From positions 171,082 through 235,081 of the forward strand of contig MCFH01000071.1 of assembly GCA_002104945.1 (NCBI GenBank): 64,000 nt of DNA, given 5' to 3'. This document shows, piece after piece, positions 38,213 through 49,363 of this stretch (within the stretch, counting starts at the first letter, position 1; every line of letters begins with the position of its first letter). A model generated the notes under the pieces. That model searched no databases. It was not told the DNA's origin and saw nothing but the letters and a program-made list of their open reading frames with translations. A program made the position numbers and the translations under genes. The DNA comes from Piromyces finnis finn (lineage: Eukaryota > Fungi > Neocallimastigomycota).

Positions 38213-38247
<35 letters not shown>

Positions 38248-38777
38248 GTTGTTGTTATTTTTGTTATTATTAATTTGTTGTTGGTTTAATTGATATTTTT
38301 TTTTCAAATTTTGGAAATTGAAAAATGTAAATGTCATATCCATTGATAACAATGATTTTATTGAATATTATAAATAAAAATAAATTATTGTTAATTTTTT
38401 TATTATTATAATAATAATAATAATCACGTTGGAGGAAAAAATATATATATATAAACAATCAATTTATAATCGTAGTAATATATATATTATAAATTATTTT
38501 TAATTTTTATAATTTTTATCAATTAAATTCTACTATTTCTAAATAAATAAATAATGACGATAGCTATAAAGTTTTCTTTTGATTTAGTTTACCTTTTGCT
38601 TAATTTTCCTGGGTAATAGGATTTCCAGGTGATATTTTCTAACCATTCATTAATACTGTCATAAAAAACTTCTTCTGGAAGGTTTGGTGGAAGACGACGA
38701 ACAATAACTTTTGTTCTAGCTTTTAATTTCTTTTGATTTACTTGTTTTCTGGTATTCTTTTTAAGTTGTTTATTCAT
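36176..38777 (-). CDS. UPF3: Nonsense-mediated decay factor UPF3 (Smg4/UPF3 RRM-like domain); exons 38777-38593, 38196-38087, 37753-37658, 37449-36176 (554 aa)
   Basis: Spliced N-terminus KVIVRRLPPNLPEEVF...WKSYYPGK...FSRAYLNF...YDGHMFIDSKGNEYQALVEFSLYQMIP...NTIEKDHHYLAFLESL...STPLLDAL matches the UPF3 family; intron phases are consistent. Confidence 0.92.
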
Positions 38778-40265
38778 TTTTCATTTAAAAATTAAAAAAA
38801 AAAAAAAAGTTATACTATTTCAAAAAAATTATAAATTTTAAGTGAGTCTTTTTCTTTTTAAATTAAATATAAAAAAAGGAAAAATTAAAAAAAAAAAAAA
38901 AAAAAAAAAACGGATATACTGTGGGAATTAAGAATAATTTTATAAAGTATTCCTATAAATTAATGAAAAATAATAATAAAAAAAGGTATCAAACTTTGTC
39001 AAGTAAATAATATTGTCTTTGTCTTTTTATTATTATTATTATTTTATGTGTGTTTTATGCGTATTTTATAATAGATTTTGATGAATTGAACAATGTTTAA
39101 AATGTCAAAAAAAAAATAAAATAAAAAAATTAAAAAATAAAATTATTTATAATAAATTAATTTTTTATTAATTAAATTATTTCACCAAAAAAAAAAAAAA
39201 AAGAAAACTTTATGCTATAAAATACGAAAAGTTTTTATTTTTTTTGAATGAAAAAAAAAAAAGAAAAAGAAAAGAAAAACTATTGAAATGACAATGATAA
39301 TGTTTGTTTGCTTTTACTTTTTTTTTTTTTTTGTATTCTATTTTATTTTGATTCTATATATTTTTTTTATTGACCTCTTTTTTTTGGATTCCATATAACT
39401 TTATAAAAAATTACTACTACGAAAAACTACAGGTACAGTAAGACATCTATAAAATATTTCTTATTATTATTATTATTATTATTATTATACTCAATAACAT
39501 TGATTATAAAAATAAAACACATACATATATATATATATATATACATACACACCTTAAAAATAAAAAAAAAGAAAAAGAAAAAGAAACATGTAATAACTAG
39601 TTTCTTTTATAAAAAATAGAAAAAGTTACTATAAAATGGAACAACCACAACAACAAAAAAACTGCCACCAAACTTTGGCCAAACAAAAAATGTATACATT
39701 CATTTTGATTTTTTATTATTATTGGTCGAATTAGATCCAATCAATAATACTATTGTACATTACTTCAATTACATTTATTATTGAATTAAAATTTATTTAA
39801 TTAATTATTTTTTCATTCATTAACTTATGTATTTATTTACTTATGTATTCATTTATTTTTATTAATTATTTATTTATTTATTCGTTTATATTTATTATTT
39901 AAATTTATTTAATTATTTATTTATACATTCATTCATTTATATCCATTAATCTTTTTTATTTTTATATTAAAAAAAAACATTTAATTATAAAATTTTTTTA
40001 AAAAAAAAAAAAAAAACTTTATTTTTTTATAATAATAAAAGGGCCTTGAATAAAGAAATTAATCTGAAATTTCTTTTTTTTTTTAAAAAAAAATTTATTA
40101 CCAAATTGAACATTTCAAATTAATTTTGATAAGAGACTCTTCATCTTTAATAGAGTTTATATTTTAATTTTTTTTTTTTTTTTTTTTTATAGAATTTCAA
40201 ATAAAAGATTTTTCTTATATCCTTCCTATACCATTCCTATTTACATAAAACTTTATATATAAAAA
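38778..40265. promoter_or_regulatory. Putative bidirectional promoter region between UPF3 and RRP6
   Basis: Inferred from the head-to-head start codons 1.49 kb apart; no specific motif can be supported in this low-complexity sequence. Confidence 0.5.
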
Positions 40266-43200
40266 ATGGATTCAAAAAATTCAACATCCTCAGGAATTTC
40301 CAATGAAACCAATAATAAACTTTTCAAGGCTGTCGTAGGTACAGCCAAAGCAACTCAGTTTTTGATTCCAACCGAATATTCATTCTTTAAATCATCAGAC
40401 AAAAATTTTAGTAAATCTATAAAAAGAACCAATAAAACTTTACTTGATATTTGTAATAAATGTATCAATTATGTTAATAATACCAATGGAAAAGCTTTCA
40501 CAGATATAAACGATTTTTCTGATAACTACAAGGATATCGTTGAAGTTATGGATAATTTATTAGAAAAAGCTGTAAGTGTTCTTGCTTGTTTGAATCTTTA
40601 AATAGTATTGAAAATATATATATATATATTTGTACATTTCGATTTGAAATTATATTTCACCAATTTTAAACTGAAATTGAAATTGGGGAAATCTCTTGTT
40701 ACAACAAGTATAGAAATGAAAATAGAATATGCAATATACATTATACAATACCCATATATTATGTTTTGATAGATATTGCCATCACTCTTCATAAATCCAT
40801 AAAATTTTATATTTCAAATTAAATCATTAATTTTTTTTCTCTATTTTTATATAAATAAATGTATTTTATATATATAATACACCCATACCACTATTAAATC
40901 TATAAAATAAAAGGATGTTTGTATTGATGAAATTACAGGAAAAAGAAAGGCATACAATACTGCTGGAATCATAAAAACTAATCCACTTGTTGCTCAAATG
41001 AACGTAGATAATGACAATTCAAAAACCAGTAATTACAAATTACTTCATGCTCAAAACATTCTAAGACCACAACTTAAATTTGAAGATAAAATAGATAATT
41101 CTAATAATCCAGCTCCTTTAAAAATAAAAGTTAAACCAAATGCTAAAGTTCCACTTAATGTTATTGACGATGTTGATGAAAGTGGAAATCAAACTAATAT
41201 GGAAAAGTAAGTATTTTTTTTTTTTTATCATTATTTCTAGTATGATTTGGGGGAGGGAATTTCTAGATATATACCTATTATATTTATATACTATTTCTTT
41301 TTTTTTTTTTTTTTAATATGAAAAACATATATTTACTAATATTAAAATATATATATATATATTTATTATAATTATAACTATTATTGTTGTTGTCATTATA
41401 ATAATGATATGATAATTCATTATAATTTCAATTTCATTTACTCATCCTAAATTTTAAATTTTTCTATCAACATTTATTGTTAATTACAAAATATAAAGTT
41501 ATCATCCATACCAATATGAAATTGAACATATTGAATATCCAGATAGAATGTTCAACATTAATGAACCTATTATGCCAAAAGATTATGATCAAACTCCATT
41601 TACTTTTGTTGATACCAAAGAAGAATTTATGAAAATGATTGAAAAGTTAAATGTAGCCACTGAAATCGCTGTAGATTTAGAAGTATGTTCAAAAAATAAA
41701 CAACTCTATATAAAAAAACGGAATAATAAATCATCCATATTAAAAATCCGAATTTCTAATAAAACTTACAAATAATACAATAATATAATTCAAAAATATT
41801 AATTATTTTCTTAATATTACTATTTATATTTATTTACGCTTTTCTTTTCCCTTTAATATTTGCATATATTTGACATGATCAAACTAAATAGCATCATGAC
41901 TATCGTTCCTTCCAAGGTTTTACTTGTTTAATTCAAATTTCAACACGTACAGAAGATTGGGTAGTAGATGCTTTAGCCTTAAGAAGTCATATTTATCATT
42001 TGAACGAAAGTTTTACCAATCCAAACATTGTCAAGGTAAGAAAAAAAAAAAAAAAAAAAAGCATATCTAGAGAATAAAAGATCTACATACTTTATATTAA
42101 ATAAGAATAAGGATGATGATTTCTTTAATAATAATATTTTTTTTTTTTTTAAAAAAAAAAAAAAGGTTTTCCATGGTGCTGAATCTGATATTGTTTGGCT
42201 TCAATGTGATTTCGGTGTTTATGTTGTTAATCTTTTCGATACTTATCACGCCTCACATTTATTAAACTATTCTCAGCACAGTCTTGCTTATCTCTTAAAA
42301 TATTTAGTCAACTTTGATGCCGATAAGAAATACCAATTAGCAGATTGGAGAATAAGGTAATAAAAAAATTGTATAGATGTAAATTATAAATTATGTTATA
42401 TATCATACCTATCATATAGAATACACTTATTATTTACACAGTTACATAATTGTTTATTAATAAATTTTTATTTTTGATAATTTTATTTTTATTATATTAT
42501 ATATATATATATATATATATTTACTTTTCAATATTAAAAATATTGTTATTATTATTGTTATGTGACTGTTTCATTTCCTTTTTTTATGATAAATAACATT
42601 TAGACCATTACCAAAAGAAATGTTAAAATATGCTCGTGATGATACACATTATTTATTATATATTTATGATCGTATGAAGAATGATCTTATTGCTAATGGC
42701 GATCCAACCACTCATAATTTAATGAAAGTCACTTTAGAAAGATCCGAACGTACTTCTCTTAATGTTTATCACAAGGACATCTACAGTGAAGATGGTACTG
42801 GTAGATATGGTTGGCGTAGTATTATTCATCGTGATCCTAATGCAATTAATGGTGAACAATTTGCCATTCTTAAAGCCGTTCATAAATGGAGAGATCAAAC
42901 TGCACGTGAAGAAGATGAAAGTCCACGTTACGTTATGCCAAATCATATTTTAAGAAGAATTGCTGAAGTCATGCCAACAGATCCTCAAAGTATTCATGGT
43001 TGTTGTAATCCAATTCCACCTTTAGTTAGAATGTATTCCATGGATATTGCTCGTATCATTGAAAAAACACGTACTGAATTCCTCAAGCATAAAAAAGAAC
43101 ATGAGAAAAGATTTGCTGAAACTGCCAAGGTTTTAAAGGCTATGAAGGAAAGAGAAGAACGCGGACCAGTTCATCAATTCTTTGATAATGAAGAAGATGG

Positions 43201-44106
43201 TGATGAAGAAAATGGTGATTCTATTGAAAAGGAAGGTGTCCAAATGGACATTGATGAAGATGAAAATACCGAAAATCAACAAAGAAAAAAGATACCAATT
43301 ACCATTGCTGAAACTTCAACTCTTCTTATTCCAAGTGATGATGAAAAAGAAGATGATGATGATGATGGTAATACCACCAAGACAGAAGAAGATAAAAAAG
43401 CATATGATTTAATGCTTCAAATTCGTCAATCGCTTAAACTTGTTTCTCCAAGTGTAACCTTTTTAAAATCCACAAGTCAACCTGAAGCCACACCAAAATC
43501 TAAACCTTCTGTACCAGTCACTACCGCTAAACCAGTTACCGTTAAAAAGGAAGAAGAAGAGAAGAAGACCGAAGAAAATGAAATCTTTACCATATCAGAC
43601 ACCAAGACTAGCGGTAATAAAAGAAAAGCTACAGAATCTATTGAAGATTTACAAAAGCCAGCTGAAACTCAAGGAGGAGGTAAAAAGAAGCATAAAAAGA
43701 ATAAGCGTTCCAAAAAGAGAAGTAGTTCCACCACCACCGCCAATGAAGTTGCCACTTCTTCTGGTAAAGAAGGTGAAAAAGAAGGTGAAAAAGCCTTTGT
43801 ACCCTACGACTATGCTAATAATAAATCTGAAGTTATTGAAATGATTAAAGCTGAAGCTAATGCCAAAACTGTATTGGAAACTCATAAAGATAAACTTAAA
43901 AAGCTTAAAAACAATAAAAAGAAGGAAATCAACAAAACCTTTAAACCATTTAACGCTCTTCCAAATGAAGTCAAGGTAAAAAAAAAAAAAAAAAGAATAA
44001 ATAATATGATAATATAATATAAATAGTTTTTGAAATGGGGGGAACATTATTGATAATATAATAAAAATAGTTTTTTGAAATGGGGAAAAAAAAAAAAACA
44101 TTATTG

Positions 44107-44147
<41 letters not shown>

Positions 44148-44268
44148 TACTAATTCAATTATATATATATATCAAAATATTAAATAGTTTGCTGAAAAGA
44201 TTCAAAAGAATGCTGTTAATCCACGTTCCGGTAACCGTACCTACACCTTTAAGAATACAAAGAAATAG
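40266..44268 (+). CDS. RRP6: Exosome 3'-5' exoribonuclease RRP6/EXOSC10 (PMC2NT, DEDDy, HRDC); exons 40266-40571, 40914-41206, 41499-41682, 41892-42035, 42166-42356, 42604-43975, 44188-44268 (856 aa)
   Basis: Motifs [97 protein letters not shown], and C-terminal SGNRTYTF. Confidence 0.97.
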
Positions 44269-44772
44269 ATAAATAACAACAAAAAAAAAAAAAAATGCTA
44301 TTGATTGATTGATCTATTTATTTATTTATTTATTTAAAACAGCTTTTCTCTATTAATTATTATCCTTATTCAATAATAATATTTTTTTTTTTTTAGAAAT
44401 TTTTCTTATTTTTCCTTTTTACCTTTTTATTTTAAAATATATTATTTTTTTTTATAGAGAGATTTTATTTTATATATATATATATATACACATAATACAT
44501 ATATTTCTTCTTTTTATGTTTTTTTAAAAATAATAAAACTTGCTTTTTTTTTATAAAAAAAAGAAAAATAAAATAAAGAAATTTAAAAAAAAATAGTTGT
44601 TTTTTTTTTTTTTTTTTTTTTTTCATTATTAAAATAAGTTTCTATCAAACTTTTAGTAATTTCAAATAAAAAACAAAGGTTATGGTAATAACTTTTAATT
44701 TTATTTATTATTTTTATTGAGTAATAGATTTTTTTTTTTTTTTTTTTTTTTTATTTATTTATTGAAAAGGTG

Positions 44773-44803
<31 letters not shown>

Positions 44804-45069
44804 TTTTTTTTATGGATATAATAAATAAAAAAAAATACTGAAAATATTGAAAACATAAAAAAAAAAAATTAATATTACAAGATATATATTATCATCATTA
44901 CATTATATATTTTATATATTATTCCTTATTAATGTATATATATATAATAAGTAGTAAGAGGGGGAAAAAAAAAAACTTTTTTAAATAAAAAGGCTCTTTT
45001 TTTTTTTACTTTAATTTTAATAATAAAAAAAAATTAATTTTTTTTTTTTTATAATTTTCCTCTCTTTTT

Positions 45070-46383
45070 TTATTGTTCTTTCTTTTGTTCGATGGCATCA
45101 TCATCACTGGTAGTTTCAATAGAACTTTTTATGACATCTTCTTGAAACGGAGTTTTAGATGCAGCAACAGCAATAGCAGGGGATTGATTTTTATTGATGG
45201 TATTACCGCCAGTAGTTTTATTGGAGGAAGATTGAAGTTGACCATTTTGAAGTTTTAAAAGTTTATCCTTTATATTTTGAACAAGATGAATAATATCACT
45301 TGGATCTTCTAAAATAACATGTTTAAATTCTTCAATATAAATGTTATAACGAGCGATGGTAGTTTCAATTTCAGTAATAATAGTATTTAGGGCTGGCACC
45401 TTTTTCATGGTTTTTATAACAATATGACGTAATTCCCAAAAGTCATGAGAAGTTCTACTCAAATATTGCATACATTTTTCACCATCACTTCTACGAAGAT
45501 CTATGGATTTAGCCATAAAACCACCAGCAATTAAACCCTTTAAAATGGTATAAATACTGGAACCGCTAGTGAAACCAACAAAGATAGGTACAAAGAATGG
45601 TGGTACTGTAAACATACCCATGAATTGAGAATTATTTTCATCTTCAATTAACGAGTACATGAAAGCAATAGCAACTTCAAGAGAACCTAAAATCGAATAA
45701 GGTTTTGATTTACGAGTGAAAATACCTAAACCACTAGCAAGGTAGTCACAAGTAATGAAAGCAGCAGCCATTTTAACATTCATCATTAAATATTTATTTT
45801 CAGTGATAAGCCATTCCTTGTAAGTTTTTTGGGAGCCATCTTCTCTGTAACGTTGAACCCCTTGAATATAAACTTTTTTATCTCTGATAGTGTCACCCTT
45901 ACCATTGACATACTTTTCTAATTTACCACCATAGGTGACTAAATTGTAAATACGACGACCGACTTCATATAAAGATTGTCCCAAAACAAAATTATTAGTA
46001 ATGGCACGATGAAGTTGAAAACGTGGGAAAAAAGTTTTACTAGAATGGTAAAGTAATTTATTGGTATCAACAACCCCGAATTTTTGTAAAAGATAAATGG
46101 TAGCACCGGTGGTAGCATGAATAGAGGTAATTGGAGAAGAAGAAATAAAAGTATAAAGTTGATCTTGGAAAGGTTCATACCATTCTTTTTCCTTACCACC
46201 GACAACATCCTTCTTTTTTTGTTGTGCGTGTGTTTGATGGTAAAGCATTTCATTATCAAGGTTATTTAAAGGAACAACCAAAGATAAACCTAACGAAGAT
46301 ATATTTTTTTCCAAAGCTAAACGCATATGCATTTTTTGAAGACATTGATTATTTGGAGTGAAATCTAAAAAAAAAAAAGTCAA
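45070..46383 (-). CDS. Divergent Derlin/Der1-like rhomboid pseudoprotease; 5' end uncertain (possible exon 47188-47170 spliced to 46364, or start at an internal Met)
   Basis: SPITS...LLQKFGVV...RFQLHRAITNNF...YGGKLE...FMGMFTVPPFFVP...GSSIYTILKGLIAG parallels Derlin PxITR...RFQIWRPIT...RLE...GxxxG. The track start is TTG in T-rich, intron-like sequence. Confidence 0.6.
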   Translation of the reverse strand: MTFFFLDFTPNNQCLQKMHMRLALEKNISSLGLSLVVPLNNLDNEMLYHQTHAQQKKKDVVGGKEKEWYEPFQDQLYTFISSSPITSIHATTGATIYLLQKFGVVDTNKLLYHSSKTFFPRFQLHRAITNNFVLGQSLYEVGRRIYNLVTYGGKLEKYVNGKGDTIRDKKVYIQGVQRYREDGSQKTYKEWLITENKYLMMNVKMAAAFITCDYLASGLGIFTRKSKPYSILGSLEVAIAFMYSLIEDENNSQFMGMFTVPPFFVPIFVGFTSGSSIYTILKGLIAGGFMAKSIDLRRSDGEKCMQYLSRTSHDFWELRHIVIKTMKKVPALNTIITEIETTIARYNIYIEEFKHVILEDPSDIIHLVQNIKDKLLKLQNGQLQSSSNKTTGGNTINKNQSPAIAVAASKTPFQEDVIKSSIETTSDDDAIEQKKEQ

Positions 46384-49363
46384 TTAATTTAGGATATGCC
46401 AGCCAGTGCATATATATATGAGAGAGAGAGAGTGTGTGTGTGTGTGTAAGGAATGCAGATTTGTAGATATATATATGTGGAGAAAAAAAAAAGCGTGTAT
46501 ATTTGTATATATATTTGAGAAGAAATAAAAATGTGTATATACATTGTATATATATATTATATGCATATATAAATATATTGTGATGTAGGTGTGTTGATAG
46601 GTCAAGTAGGTAGGTAGATAGAAAGGTAAGTTAGAGGGAATATATTATAAATTAAAATAAATAGACAATAACAAAAAAATAAAATATATATATATATTAT
46701 ATATTATTTTTGTAATATAAAATGAAATTGCATTTTGAAAATATTAAAAAGTATATATTGAAACAATTCCCATCAATAAAATGATTAAAGAAATGTAAAA
46801 AGTAGAATAAACCGACATAGGCATAAATATGTATATATATACATATATATATACATTGTATTAAAAAAAAAAAAAAGGTTGAATATTTTTATATATATAG
46901 AATTTAGGTGAATTGATGGTAGAGTTAGTTGTTGGTTGGTTATTATATTTATAAATTATTATTGAATATTTTTTAATGGGTTTACGATATATAAATAATA
47001 TTAATAATATTTAAAAAAAAAAAAAAAAAAAAAAAAAGATAATAAAATATATATATATAAATATATAAATAATATGATATATAATTAGTTTTTTTTTTTT
47101 AATTATTTTTCGAAATGTATATATATAATAACATATATTTTTCTTATTGGGAAAAAAAAAAAAACTTACCCAAGCATTCCTTTTCCATGTCGTAACTTGG
47201 AGATTCAATCTTGACATTTGTTATAATATCCTGTATAAAAACCATTTTGACTTTTTTTTTTTTAGTGATAATTATTATTAATATTAAATAATATATTAAA
47301 TGTCTTTTTTTTTTTTTTTTTAAATTATTTTCTAATTGAAAAAAAAAAAATATTTTTTTTTTATCGTCTGAAAATTTAATAAAATAAAATAAAAAAAATA
47401 TTATTTTTTTATTTATAAAATATATAATAAATATTAAAAAAAAAAAAAGTTTTTCTCTTTTAAAAGTCTTTTTTTTTTTTAATTTCGGATTTCGGATTTT
47501 GCTATTTTAAACTATTTTAAAAAAGCAAAAAAAAAAAAAAAAAACTTTCCCTTTTTTTAGCCTTCACTTTTACACCGTAAAAAATATTGAAAATTTTCTT
47601 TTTTTATGGATGTCTACTAATATATGATTAATATATCTAATAGTATTAAATATAATATATTGAAATTGGTTATAATTCAATCATTTTTGATTTTAATTTA
47701 AATATTCAAAAGAAAAGCAAAACAAATGTCATTATTTTATCATATGTTATTATCATATGATTTAATTTATTTTATGATATTTCTGTATTAAAATATGTGT
47801 GGTTTGTTTTGGTAGTGATAAAAGTATCTAATAGAGAGAATAGAGAGTGGGTGTTAGAAAGACTACAATAGAAAACGTTTTTTATTATTATTTATTTATA
47901 ATGATAATGTATATCTATATTCTTCTTTTTTTAAAAAAAGAATGGTAAAATGTATAGAATAAAAACATAAACTAATATTAATAAAAAGTATTCACAGATT
48001 TTTAAACATTGATTATTGATTATAATATTTTTTTTTTTTTTTTTATTAAACTATAATTGCAAGTAAAAAAAAAAAAAAAAAAGGAAAAAAAAATGAAAAT
48101 GAACATAACTAACAAGTATATAAAGAATACTAGCTATTTTTTTTTTTTTTTTTTTTTTTTGATATTCCAAAAAATTAAAGGTAGAATTTACTAAATAACT
48201 ATTTTTTAATTCAAAAAGAGTGTACCTCATTGACATTATCAATGATGATGATTCCTTATTTATATATATATATTGACAATAATAAATTATTTACATAATA
48301 AAAAGTAGTTTTTTTTGTTTTTGTTTTTGTTTTCTTCTTCAAATAAGAATAGAAATAATATAGGATGATAATAATAATAATATATTTACAGATTCTTTAT
48401 CGGTAATATGTTACAAAGAGTTAATATAAAAATAAAAATAAAAAAAAAAAAAAGGAATCATACGGTTCATTGATGGTACAGAGAGAATTAAAAAATAATA
48501 TGAAAAAAAAATTATATATATATATATATTATATTAATATTAATATATTTATATATAATCTAGTATTTTTGTTCTTGTTGTTCTTATTGTTGTTGGTGGT
48601 GGTGTTTTTATGAAAAGGTTTTTTTTTTTTTTTCATTCTTCTTTTCATTTTCTTTTTTCCTTTTTTTTTTTTTGTAAATAAAGCAGTTGATAAATTATAT
48701 TACAATATTGTATTGATATATGGAAAAAAAATATATTTTACATATATATATAAAAAACTATATAATGTATAGTAGTAAAAAAAAAAAAATATTATTACAC
48801 ACTTTATATGTATTTTTTTTTCTCATAATAGATATGACTATGGTAACAAATTGGGTCGTTATTGTATAGTTAAATAGATATATGTATATTATTTGAGAGA
48901 AGCTAAATGCATTATTATATTATATACATATATACAAAATTGTGTAAACTTTTTTATTTCCTCTCTCACACTGATAAAATTCTTTTAAAAAAAAAAATAT
49001 TAAAATAAGAATAATATTTTTTATATTTATAGAATATCTATTGAATGATCCCACCATAGTCATTAAATATTTTACTTATAATGATAATAGTGTTATCATT
49101 ATAAATAGAATTATAGGATTAGTAGGTTATTATCTAAAATTTTGAATATATAAAAAGTTAAAAAAAAATAAAAGAAATCTATTTTGACGGGAATGTTTTT
49201 GAATCTAATTGTATTTTAATTTTCTAAAAAAAAAAAAAAGAATTGAAAAAAAAAAATTAATATTTCAAAGAATAAAAAAGTCTATAAAAAGTATTATACA
49301 TATTTATATACATTATTTATTCAAAAGGTGAAAAAAGTAACATAGTGTTTATTTGTTATCTAC

